Part shown: one piece after another, positions 27,777 to 37,170 of the stretch
Layout of the letters: the number at the start of each line of letters is the position of its first letter
How positions within the stretch are numbered: the stretch's first letter is position 1
Source: a virus
Lineage: Duplodnaviria; Caudoviricetes
Length of the DNA: 64,000 nt
Direction: 5' to 3' (one strand)
Virus record (IMG/VR): IMGVR_UViG_3300042988_001200
Translations under genes and position numbers: made by a program
The notes under the pieces: model-generated
Database searches by the model: none
What the model was told of the DNA's origin: nothing
Seen by the model: only the letters and a program-made list of their open reading frames with translations

Positions 27777-29189
27777 CTATCTAGTTTTATTTATAAGTTC
27801 TAATGGGATATTAACAATAACAGATTGTCTACCTGATACGGCTAATAGATTAGTTTTATCTTGATTAGATGCTTCATCTTGAGAGGATGTCATTCTACCG
27901 GTACTAGCACCTACTGAGTTAATAGGATAGTGTACAGCCTCTGTATTATCATCTATAGCTGATAGATATTTAGAAGCTTCTCTTCTTAGAACCTCTTTAT
28001 TCTTATAGTTAATATATTCTTTAACTAGAAATATAAGTTTGTTTAGTTCTTCCTTACTTTCTAATTCTTTATATCTATTAGAGTTATCTAGATCTATATC
28101 TATTTCACTAGGTTCTTCCTCTGTATCTATAGATTTCTCTATTTGTTCTAAGTCCTTAAGTAGAGTTTCAATAGAGTTCTTCTGAGCATTGGTTAGTTTT
28201 AAACCTGTTTGCTTTAATTGAATATTAAATAAATCTACTAGTTTCTTACTATTATTAAGAACTGTAGATATCTCATTAGGTATAACTATTTGTCTTACTA
28301 ACTTATCTTCTATAAGATTAAGGGAGTATTGAATAGGTAATTTAAGAATCTTACATAGACTAAGAATAGACTTATTAATAGAACTTTCACATTCTTTAAC
28401 AATCCCTTTAAGAATATGAGTGTTCATATAACACCCATTATATTCAGATAGAGATAAGATAGGAACCATCTTTTGGTCTAATAAGAACACTTCATGCTGA
28501 TTAAGTTCTATAGATAAATCCTCAAATAGTCTATACCCTTCTATAACAATAGAGTAAAGGGGTTTATTCTTATAAGGGTTCCAACTACCTTTAGGGGCTC
28601 CTACATCTATAGCTGAGTATATAAGCTGTTCTTTAGTTAGATTAGTCTCTTCCCAATTACTAGTTTGCAGAGATTTATCTAGGACTAGACCATATCCTCT
28701 AGAGTTATTAAAATAGTCCTTAGCTAGAGTATATAGACTAAATCCCTTAGCTCTAGCTGCTTTCCACCCGGTAGATACAGCATGAGAACACATAGCTGTT
28801 TTAGAGTCCTTTATATTTCTAAATTTAATATTGAAATTAGATAGTAACATCTTATATTCAAAGGAAGCACTATGAGCTATTAGAGTTATATCCTGTAGAT
28901 GTTTATTATAAAGAGTCTCAATAAAGAATAGGCTATTAGATAGACCTATAGATTTAATATCAATAACCCAGGGTATAGCATTCTCCTCTATGTTTATTTG
29001 TAATAGGGCTATAAGAGAGTTATGAGGATTTAGTCCTTTATTCTTCCCTGGTTTATTAGGATTACCATAAGTTTCTGTGTCTATACAGGCATATCCTTTG
29101 TAGGAATTAATAAATGAATCTAGTTCTTTTAATTCATCTATATCCTTAATCAAATAGAAATCTATAATATCCGACTCAATTAACTTCAT
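27777..29189 (-). CDS. polA: DNA polymerase family A, N-terminal (3'-5' exonuclease + thumb) subunit
   Basis: ExoI CIDTET, ExoII AHSASFE, ExoIII YSAID, then STGRMTSS...VNIP before the stop. Confidence 0.88.
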   Translation of the reverse strand: MKLIESDIIDFYLIKDIDELKELDSFINSYKGYACIDTETYGNPNKPGKNKGLNPHNSLIALLQINIEENAIPWVIDIKSIGLSNSLFFIETLYNKHLQDITLIAHSASFEYKMLLSNFNIKFRNIKDSKTAMCSHAVSTGWKAARAKGFSLYTLAKDYFNNSRGYGLVLDKSLQTSNWEETNLTKEQLIYSAIDVGAPKGSWNPYKNKPLYSIVIEGYRLFEDLSIELNQHEVFLLDQKMVPILSLSEYNGCYMNTHILKGIVKECESSINKSILSLCKILKLPIQYSLNLIEDKLVRQIVIPNEISTVLNNSKKLVDLFNIQLKQTGLKLTNAQKNSIETLLKDLEQIEKSIDTEEEPSEIDIDLDNSNRYKELESKEELNKLIFLVKEYINYKNKEVLRREASKYLSAIDDNTEAVHYPINSVGASTGRMTSSQDEASNQDKTNLLAVSGRQSVIVNIPLELINKTR

Positions 29190-29227
29190 ATTTATTAATA
29201 ATACTAAAGGTAGTAGTAATAAAACTT

Positions 29228-29695
29228 ATGGAAAATGAAATAAGAGGTATAGGATTAAACTCTGCTGGGTTTATGGAATTATTATGTGGAGCCTGTGATA
29301 TTAGATTAATCATAGATATGAAGTGCTGTGAGATTAGATTAATAGTTGGGACTATATGTAGAACAGTTATTGTTTGGTCTGGAGAGGAGGCTGTTAGAGA
29401 TATAAATAAACTAACAGTAATATTAAAACAAGCCTTTGCTTTAGGGTGTGTTACTTTAAGTATTATACCTTGTAGTTCTAGTGTTTGTAGAAATGCTTCT
29501 ATGGTTCAAGGGGCTGTATCAACTATTGACCCTTTACTTCAAAGTATTAAGACTCAGATATATACTTCTCTTCTTACTCAACTTAATTCTTTATCTAATT
29601 GTTCTTCTGATGACCCTATACCTCCCCCAATCGATCCATCTAACCCTGTTACCATTAATCCTAATATAGGTTCATACAGGTCTTCCTGTTGTTAA
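29228..29695 (+). CDS. Cys-rich hypothetical protein
   Basis: 155 aa with many Cys, ending in SSCC. Confidence 0.6.
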   Translation: MENEIRGIGLNSAGFMELLCGACDIRLIIDMKCCEIRLIVGTICRTVIVWSGEEAVRDINKLTVILKQAFALGCVTLSIIPCSSSVCRNASMVQGAVSTIDPLLQSIKTQIYTSLLTQLNSLSNCSSDDPIPPPIDPSNPVTINPNIGSYRSSCC

Positions 29696-29743
29696 TAAAT
29701 AAAAAAGAGATAGACTAGTAACCTATCTCTTTTTTATTTATTA
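29693..29743. terminator. Bidirectional terminator between convergent genes
   Basis: 21-bp perfect stem TAATAAATAAAAAAGAGATAG/CTATCTCTTTTTTATTTATTA that includes both stop codons. Confidence 0.8.
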
Positions 29744-30052
29744 TACTGTTTTTACTACTTCTTTATCCTCTACAACGAATAGCTGTTCTTTAATAAATTT
29801 AATAGCTTCTTTAACTTGCTCCCTTTCTTGTTCTGTTAGTCTAATAGTGGGAATATACCTTTCATTAATAATATCTAATTTGGTAGATAATGATTCTTTA
29901 TCCTCTTTAATCTCTAAAGGACTAAAGTATTCATATAAACTATTTAAGAAAGTAACAACACCCTCATGTGTTGGTCTATTAGCCATAAGTTCTTTAAGAA
30001 CTGTATTTACAAATTCAATATTGGTCTTAATAGTCTCTAATGGTAAACTCAT
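29741..30052 (-). CDS. Hypothetical protein
   Basis: 103-aa helical ORF. Confidence 0.6.
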   Translation of the reverse strand: MSLPLETIKTNIEFVNTVLKELMANRPTHEGVVTFLNSLYEYFSPLEIKEDKESLSTKLDIINERYIPTIRLTEQEREQVKEAIKFIKEQLFVVEDKEVVKTV

Positions 30053-30126
30053 ATATTTATATTTCTTATTAACTATTGTTTTATTATAATATATTTATTT
30101 ATATTAATAGATATAAATTACCTATT

Positions 30127-30140
30127 GATATAAATAAGAA
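30127..30140 (+). promoter_or_regulatory. Candidate late-promoter element GATATAAATAAGAA (copy 1)
   Basis: Identical 14-mer also at 33838-33851. Both lie upstream of plus-strand gene clusters and contain the T4 late-type TATAAATA. Confidence 0.35.
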
Positions 30141-30171
30141 ATTATATTATAAATAGTAATAAGAAAAACTA

Positions 30172-30408
30172 ATGAGACCAGACTTAGAGATAGATGTAGA
30201 GATTATAGCTAATAATCCTTATAAAGAACCTTTATTAGTTAGTAATGAACATGGATTAAGAGTTTTATTACAACCTGGAGATTCTATAAGATTCCCTTTT
30301 AGATTTAATCCTAAAGAGTATCAAATAACCTCTGTTCTTTGTAAAACAAAGGCAGGTGGAGTATTTATTAAGTGTAAGAAATTTTATCTAGTATCTATTG
30401 ATTTTTAA
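30172..30408 (+). CDS. Hypothetical protein
   Basis: 78-aa ORF. Confidence 0.55.
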   Translation: MRPDLEIDVEIIANNPYKEPLLVSNEHGLRVLLQPGDSIRFPFRFNPKEYQITSVLCKTKAGGVFIKCKKFYLVSIDF

Positions 30409-30958
30409 TATGTATAGTTCTTTACCTGTTATTAATATTAATGAATCTAATACAACAGAGTCTAATAGTATTAACTTTAATATTACTAGTCCTACATCCA
30501 CTCCAGATGAATGTAATTTATTAACTATAGAGTATGGCAATTATATAAATATAGAGGAAAATAATATATGTGGTAATCCCCATTCTTCTTTAAACAGGTC
30601 AGTAGTACCCCCTTCTAGAGTTTCTATATCTAATGGTAAGAGTTCTAGAAATACTTATGATATACCTCCTTGCAAGGTTAAGGAAATAGACATTTCTTGT
30701 TTAGGTATAGAGGAATTACTTATGTTGCAAATAAAAGCTCTATGTGGCTCCTTATCCATTAGTTTTGATTGTAGTACATGGATTTCTGGTAAAACATTTT
30801 TTATGGATTTAATACCTCCTTTAATTATTAATGGTTGTGAAGGAGACACAAGTAGTCAAGTAGAAAGTAGACCTAAAAAAGTTTATATGAGAAATAACTC
30901 TGTTGATTGTATTAAGGGTAAACCTGTTAAAGTAGAGTTTATAGCTGTAGGTCAATAG
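30398..30958 (+). CDS. Cys-rich hypothetical protein
   Basis: 186-aa ORF, beta-rich, several Cys. Confidence 0.55.
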   Translation: MIFNMYSSLPVININESNTTESNSINFNITSPTSTPDECNLLTIEYGNYINIEENNICGNPHSSLNRSVVPPSRVSISNGKSSRNTYDIPPCKVKEIDISCLGIEELLMLQIKALCGSLSISFDCSTWISGKTFFMDLIPPLIINGCEGDTSSQVESRPKKVYMRNNSVDCIKGKPVKVEFIAVGQ

Positions 30959-30959
30959 T

Positions 30960-31430
30960 ATGGATAATTGCCCCTTTGAATATAAATTAAATTGTAGAAA
31001 TAAAGATATTAAATGTAATAAATGTATAGCTAAGGACTCCTCTAATAAAGACCTTTATTATCTACCTATAGGCTCTCACTTAAAGGAACATATTCTTAGT
31101 GAACAAATAAAGGAAAAAAAGAAAAAAGATAAAGCTATAGGTAGAAACTATTATAGAAAGGGTAGAAGTAATGAGATTAAGATTGCTAAAGAAATGGGTG
31201 AGTTTAATCCAACATCTAAGAGTAATGATGGTTATATAGATAGTAAGAAAGGGAAGCTGTATTTAGAGATAAAGACTAGGCTAAATAGTAAAAGAGTCTG
31301 GCCTAGTAAAGAGGAGTGGGATAAGTTTAAGACTAAGGGACTAGATATCTTTGTAGTAGATACAGGAAAGGATATTAGAGTTATACTTAGTAAAGAACTG
31401 TTCTTATCTTTATTGGATTTAGATGTATGA
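30960..31430 (+). CDS. Zn-finger + PD-(D/E)XK nuclease (Hjc-like)
   Basis: N-terminal C..C..CxxC, then GRSNE, NDGYI, LEIK. Confidence 0.6.
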   Translation: MDNCPFEYKLNCRNKDIKCNKCIAKDSSNKDLYYLPIGSHLKEHILSEQIKEKKKKDKAIGRNYYRKGRSNEIKIAKEMGEFNPTSKSNDGYIDSKKGKLYLEIKTRLNSKRVWPSKEEWDKFKTKGLDIFVVDTGKDIRVILSKELFLSLLDLDV

Positions 31431-32437
31431 CTATTGAAATAGAAAAGTTAGAGCAACTAGATAATCTCTTAAGTAAAAGTTGTAAAGGCTTATATAAAGG
31501 ATTTACAAAGTCTAAAGAGGATATTGACTTAACTGTAGTTAAGACAGGTATATTCAGTATTGATTTAAATATAGGAGGATGGCCATTAGGTAGGATAGTA
31601 GAGATTAGAGGGGCTACTTCTAGTGGTAAGACTAGTTTATCTCTATCTCTTATAGCTAAGTTACAACAGAGGCACTATAACTCTTTATGGATTGATGCTG
31701 AATCTGTATATACAGATAAGTATGCTAGAGCTTGTGGTGTAGATACTGAGAGATTAGGAGTTTTAAAACCTAATAATATGGAAGAGTGTCTAGAGGCTCT
31801 TAGGATTGTTACTAAGAGTGGGGCTGTTCATTTTATATGGGTAGATTCTCTAGCTGCTTTAATTCCATCAGAGCAGGAGGATAAAGATATAACTGGGGGG
31901 CAACTAGGTAGAAGAGCCGCATTAATGAGTAAGATTCTTCCAGAGTTATCTAGGAACTGTGGGGCTAGTGAATGCTCTATTATTTGGTTAAACCAGGAAA
32001 GGGTCGGTAATCTTAGTACATATGGTAATCCTAATGTTGGTACAGGAGGAAAGGCTCTTCCTTATTACTCTAGTCTTATAATAGAGACTAGAAAGGGAGC
32101 TTATACTGAGGATAAATCTATCAAACTAGGTCATCAATGTCATATTAAGATTACAAAAAGTAAACTTTTATCATGTTTACCATTTACAGAGTTTGATTTA
32201 CCTCTTAAATACTTTGATTCTAATACAGAAGAAGCAGGTATTGATTTTATAGAGGATTTATTTAAGGTAGCAATTCAATTAGGAGCTATAAGTAAAGCAG
32301 GTTCTTACTTTTCCTTTAAAGATAAGAAAGCTCAGGGGACCTCCTCCTTTATTGAATTAATTAAAAGTGATAATCAACTATTTGAATCTATATTTAATAC
32401 AACTTTAGAATTATATGCCAAGAAAGAAAGAGATTAA
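31427..32437 (+). CDS. recA: RecA/UvsX recombinase
   Basis: GGWPLGRIVEIRGATSSGKTS, IDAE, VDSLAAL, WLNQ, GGKALPYYSS. Confidence 0.95.
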   Translation: MTIEIEKLEQLDNLLSKSCKGLYKGFTKSKEDIDLTVVKTGIFSIDLNIGGWPLGRIVEIRGATSSGKTSLSLSLIAKLQQRHYNSLWIDAESVYTDKYARACGVDTERLGVLKPNNMEECLEALRIVTKSGAVHFIWVDSLAALIPSEQEDKDITGGQLGRRAALMSKILPELSRNCGASECSIIWLNQERVGNLSTYGNPNVGTGGKALPYYSSLIIETRKGAYTEDKSIKLGHQCHIKITKSKLLSCLPFTEFDLPLKYFDSNTEEAGIDFIEDLFKVAIQLGAISKAGSYFSFKDKKAQGTSSFIELIKSDNQLFESIFNTTLELYAKKERD

Positions 32438-32723
32438 AAATCTATCAGTACAAGAACTTATAGAAGAGAAACAAAAAGCTATAGCTGTTTTATCCGAACT
32501 AAAACAATGGGCTATATCTACTATTAAAGATATAGAATCTATATCTTACCAACTGGGCTTAAGACCAATGGATAGTAACCCTGTTGTTAATAGTTCTTTA
32601 TCTATCACTAACCCTTCTTTGGCTCCTTTACCTAATAACTCAGACCTACATGATTACTCTCCTATAAATATAACCACTGAATCTGTACAAATAAAACAAA
32701 TATCTATAGAAGATTCTTTATAA
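32415..32723 (+). CDS. Hypothetical protein
   Basis: 102-aa ORF overlapping the end of recA. Confidence 0.55.
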   Translation: MPRKKEIKNLSVQELIEEKQKAIAVLSELKQWAISTIKDIESISYQLGLRPMDSNPVVNSSLSITNPSLAPLPNNSDLHDYSPINITTESVQIKQISIEDSL

Positions 32724-33833
32724 TGATTTTATATAACTAAGATTAAAATCTAGACCTATATAACTTTGGCTAATATAACCTATATCAGATATTCCACTAA
32801 CTATAGGAGCTCTACAATCATCTTCACTGTAGATTTCTATAGTTTTTATTAATTTAGGGGGAATAGGTATTGTACTAGGAGGTCTGTAATTAATAGAAAA
32901 TTTAGATAAACTAAAGGGATTGTCTCTTAGAAAAATATCTAGTTTATAAGAGTTACCTATAGTCTCTATAAAAGCATAACCTCCTAGACTTCTAACTAAG
33001 AAATATATGTCTTTCATTAACTTTTCACTCTTTACTTTTATACTTATACCACCCCCATTATGAACATTTATATATCCTCCACTATCTATAATTCCTCTTA
33101 ATATTTCTAATCTATTATTAAAAGAAGTAAATAAGTAACTTTTATGGATATATCTATAACAAGGATTAGAATATAGTAAACCTAAATTCTCTAAATCAAT
33201 GCTTAATTGACTTCTTTTATTTATATTAAATAGACTTCTAAAAGAGTATATTTCTTCCTCTAAAGAACTTGGTTTATCAATTATAAAATGTTGTCTTTCT
33301 CCTACACATCTATTATTCATAGAATTCTTTAGTTCTTCTGTTAGTTTAATTAAAGGTTCCTTCTGTTCTAAGATTCCTTTAATAGTTATTACTCCTATCC
33401 AGTATGGGGGTAAAGAACAAAGATTATTACTTTGTAGTTCAAATGGAAAATCTACAGCTCTTACTTCTAAAGCTCCATTAAAAGAAGTTGTATTAATAGA
33501 ACAAGAGTTATAACAACATACATAATTTAAATCTCTTACATAATAGTCAGACCTTTGTACTACACTTCTTAAGTATTCAATAGATTTAAGTTCATAATTA
33601 TTATTAGAGTTATAGATTCTAGTAGGTAATAGATGAGAGTCTGATACTATAAGCTGAGTCCCATCAGAGAATGTTACTTTATATAAAGGATTAATAGAAT
33701 TAGAAAACTTAGTTATGCTATATGTGGAAGTTCTATTGTTCTGATATATAAGAACTTTATTACTAATAGCCAAATCACTCACTTTATATAAAGAGGAAGG
33801 AGTTAATAAAATAGTATCTTTATAAAAACACAT
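32718..33833 (-). mobile_element. Free-standing intein-like Hint + LAGLIDADG homing endonuclease
   Basis: Starts M-CFYKDT (block A), has LYKVTFSDG..SDSH (block B) and LRGIIDSGG. No terminal HN, and an in-frame stop lies 7 codons upstream of the ATG. Confidence 0.75.
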
Positions 33834-33837
33834 AATA

Positions 33838-33851
33838 GATATAAATAAGAA
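33838..33851 (+). promoter_or_regulatory. Candidate late-promoter element GATATAAATAAGAA (copy 2)
   Basis: Identical to 30127-30140 and lies 44 nt upstream of the tail-fibre cluster. Confidence 0.35.
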
Positions 33852-33894
33852 TTATATCTAGTATAAGTAAATTAAATTATAAGAAAGTAAACAT

Positions 33895-34611
33895 ATGCCT
33901 AGACCTTTAAAGGTATCAGAAAAAGGGGCGCCCTTAACCTGTGCTGAGCATGATGAAAACATAAATAGGTTATTAGATAGAAGTAACCATACTGGCACTC
34001 AATCAGCTAGCACTATACATGATTTAGCTGTATATCTAGCTAACTCCAGTTCCTTATCTGGATTAACCACTCAATTAACTAATCTACAAAGTTTAGTCTC
34101 TTCTTTACAGGATGATGTACTAGCTCCTGGGGGTCATGTAAATTCTTTAATATCTCAATTACAATCAGCTTACACCTCGGCTGATAATCTTATTAATAAT
34201 AGACTTAATAGTTATGAAGCTAGAATCACAGGTCTAGAGACAGGTCATAGTAATCAACAAGGATTAATAGATAATCTTAATCAAAGAGTTAATACTCTAA
34301 CTACTGACACAGCCACTAATACTCAGGCTATTGATGCTTTGGATACTCAAGTATCTACTCTATCTTCCTTATTGGGAGGTAATGATGTCTCTGGAATGAT
34401 AGGGGATATTTCAGCTATTATGGATATACTTCAACCTGTTATAGATGGAGACTCATTTATAGTTCCATCCCCTCCTAATAATAATGATGGTCTTATATTT
34501 GGATGGGACTCTACCTCCTCTACTCCTATATGGAGATTCCCTGATAATATTAATGGAGGAGATTTAGTAGACCCAACAGGTACTGTTAGATTAAACCTAA
34601 GTTCTAATTAA
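33895..34611 (+). CDS. Tail-associated coiled-coil protein
   Basis: KGAPLTCAEHDEN and RSNHTGTQ motifs are typical of phage fibre N-termini. Long coiled coil. Confidence 0.6.
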   Translation: MPRPLKVSEKGAPLTCAEHDENINRLLDRSNHTGTQSASTIHDLAVYLANSSSLSGLTTQLTNLQSLVSSLQDDVLAPGGHVNSLISQLQSAYTSADNLINNRLNSYEARITGLETGHSNQQGLIDNLNQRVNTLTTDTATNTQAIDALDTQVSTLSSLLGGNDVSGMIGDISAIMDILQPVIDGDSFIVPSPPNNNDGLIFGWDSTSSTPIWRFPDNINGGDLVDPTGTVRLNLSSN

Positions 34612-34632
34612 CACTCTTTTATATAAATATAT

Positions 34633-37131
34633 ATGCCAGTTTATTCTTATCAAATGAGACATGGACTACAGGGTGATATCCCTGGAATTCCAGCTCTAGA
34701 CGCTTATGAACCTCTATTCACTACTGATAGTAAACAGCTATGGATTGGTCTACCAGGCGGTAATACGCCTCCTTACACAGGAGCTATAGTTCCTAGATTC
34801 TATGATGCAGACCTTAATACTTCTAGTGGTACAACTGCAGGACCTACTGACCATCTAGGTAGACCAGCTACTACTAAATGGGTACAAGACCTTCTATCAG
34901 CTACCTCTACTACACCCCCAGCAGGTATAGCCTGGAGGACTCAACCTAACACCTTTAGTGATGATAATACATTCCAGAAGTGGCCTACTATAACAGATAC
35001 TCTATTACCTGTTACTGACTCATCTACTAAGGTTCCTACTACTCAATGGGTTAAGAATGCTATTACAAGTGCTATAGGTACTGTTGGTAATGTAGCTTAT
35101 AGAGACCAGAATAATACCTTCTCTTTAATTAATACCTTTAACTCCACAGCTCTATTTAATGGAGCTTCTACTTTTAATGGTCCTTTAGTCTCTACTTCTA
35201 CTGTTGACCTAACTAATGCTATATGGACTAAGGTTAAGACTATACCCACTAGCACTATCCCAGCAGAGGATGCAGCTTCTACTTTATATGTATGGAACTC
35301 CCATACTGATGATTCTAAACTTAAGAAGGCGACTACTCCACCAGCTAGTAGTAATGATACTCATATAGCTACTACTGAATGGGTAAGGGCTAATGTATCA
35401 GGTTCTAACCTATTAACCTCTAATAACACTTGGACAGGTACTAATACTTATGACAATCTAGTAACCTTTAACCAAGTTCCTTTATCAGTAGAACCTCCTT
35501 TATCAGATAATTCTAATAAAGTACCTACTACCTCCTGGGTAAGAAATACTATTAACTCTTTAGCTACTGGAGGGGCCCCTGTTCTAACTAAGAGTTTGAT
35601 TAGTAATGAATATAACACCCTTCTATGGAGTTCTGGAACTGTATCTATAGGTGGAGTTAATTATCCAGTAACTGCTGGTAGTTATGCCTTTACAGCAGCT
35701 TCTACAGCTACTACTACTGGTACTACTTATTATGTAAAAGCTAGTCTATCCGGGGGTACAGTCTCAGTACCAGCTCCTACTACCTCTCCTACAATATCAG
35801 CTACAGAGGTGTTACTAGGCTCTTTAACCTTAGTAGATGTAACAGCTTCTCCCCCAGTAGCAGGTGGTCCAGTAAGGGAGATTAATGGAGTTATTAATAG
35901 TCCCCCTAACTATGCTAGAAGAGATTTAGATAATGTATTTACAGCAGGTAATACATTTAATGGTACTAATGTACTAGCAGGACCTACTACAGCTTCTTAT
36001 TCTATCCCTTCAACTAGTAATGATACAACTGTTCCTACTACAGCCTGGGTTAAATCAGCTCTAAGTAATGTAGGTAACTCCTTCTTCCAATTAGATGGTA
36101 GTAGTAATTTAGTTCCTATCCCTGGTTCATTCACTGGTTGTGTTGATTTAAGTAGTGTATGTGTGAAAGCTAGGACCCCTATTGACCCCTCATCTAGTGA
36201 TGATTCAGTAGCTACTACAGCCTGGGTACAAGCTGTATTATCTAATCAACCAGTTAATCCAGTAGTATCTCTAGTAGGAACTCCCTCTAGTACCAGCTTC
36301 CAAGTTACATGGACTTCTGGTTCTGTTGCTCTACCTTCTGGACTTAATTGTGCTGGAGCTAATTGTGATGCTGGAGCTGGTCCCGGAGGTACAGATTTAT
36401 GTAATGTTAGTCCCCCTACTTCACCGGTTACAGTAGCTATGCCTGCTCCTGGTACATCCATTAGAAGGTATTTCTATGTAGCTTATGGAGATTGTCAGGT
36501 TCTTAATGATACAGTGGCACCAGACCCAGATACAGTAGGTAAGGTTATAGCTATAGCTGATGTTAATAATACTAGTCCCTCTTCTGTAGTAATCACTCCT
36601 ATACAATCAGGTGGATGGGCTCCTATAGATAGTCCTTTCTTTACTGGCAATCCCCAGGCTCCTACTCCAGCTACAGGAGATTGTGATAACTCTATAGCTA
36701 CCACTGAGTTTGTATGTGAGATGGTTAATAATCTATTAACAGCTCCTTGCTCTGGAACTATAACATATCCTGATATTATTCAAGTAGGTAATCCCTCTTT
36801 ACTTATCAATGTAACTAGTGGACAGGTTCCTAAACCCGGAACTAGTGCGGGTAACTGTGTTGTAGTACCATTATCAGCTCCAGTAGCTGTAGTAGCCAAC
36901 TCCACTGAGTATTGTTGGATAAGATTCTCTGATTGTAAATTAGTAGCCTCTACTCAACCTCCAGCTTCTAATATTGGTTTCCTATTAGCAACTGTAGTTA
37001 CTAATGCTACTAATATTGTTTCTATAACTAAAGCAGCTAATACAGTAGTGGAAACTAAAATATCTACTTGTTATAAGGTAGGATTTGGTGGGAGACTTAT
37101 ATATGTTCCAGGTCCTAATTGTTGTGTTTAA
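34633..37131 (+). CDS. Tail fibre protein
   Basis: N-terminal QMRHG..EPLFTTDSKQLWIG anchor, about eight (A/P)TTxW/FV repeats, SPFFTGNPQAPTP repeat, Thr/Ser/Pro-rich. Confidence 0.8.
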   Translation: MPVYSYQMRHGLQGDIPGIPALDAYEPLFTTDSKQLWIGLPGGNTPPYTGAIVPRFYDADLNTSSGTTAGPTDHLGRPATTKWVQDLLSATSTTPPAGIAWRTQPNTFSDDNTFQKWPTITDTLLPVTDSSTKVPTTQWVKNAITSAIGTVGNVAYRDQNNTFSLINTFNSTALFNGASTFNGPLVSTSTVDLTNAIWTKVKTIPTSTIPAEDAASTLYVWNSHTDDSKLKKATTPPASSNDTHIATTEWVRANVSGSNLLTSNNTWTGTNTYDNLVTFNQVPLSVEPPLSDNSNKVPTTSWVRNTINSLATGGAPVLTKSLISNEYNTLLWSSGTVSIGGVNYPVTAGSYAFTAASTATTTGTTYYVKASLSGGTVSVPAPTTSPTISATEVLLGSLTLVDVTASPPVAGGPVREINGVINSPPNYARRDLDNVFTAGNTFNGTNVLAGPTTASYSIPSTSNDTTVPTTAWVKSALSNVGNSFFQLDGSSNLVPIPGSFTGCVDLSSVCVKARTPIDPSSSDDSVATTAWVQAVLSNQPVNPVVSLVGTPSSTSFQVTWTSGSVALPSGLNCAGANCDAGAGPGGTDLCNVSPPTSPVTVAMPAPGTSIRRYFYVAYGDCQVLNDTVAPDPDTVGKVIAIADVNNTSPSSVVITPIQSGGWAPIDSPFFTGNPQAPTPATGDCDNSIATTEFVCEMVNNLLTAPCSGTITYPDIIQVGNPSLLINVTSGQVPKPGTSAGNCVVVPLSAPVAVVANSTEYCWIRFSDCKLVASTQPPASNIGFLLATVVTNATNIVSITKAANTVVETKISTCYKVGFGGRLIYVPGPNCCV

Positions 37132-37170
37132 TGGTAATAGATATAGTTCTTTTTTTTATTGTAATTTAAT

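Noticed and set aside
27777-27779. TAG stop-codon recoding (alternative genetic code)
   Set aside because: The 12-kb ORF contains no in-frame TAG, and read-through here would still stop at TAA 27608 out of frame with the C-half.
37117-37131. C-terminal NCCV as a CaaX-type prenylation signal
   Set aside because: Prenylation is eukaryotic and every other gene indicates a bacterial host.
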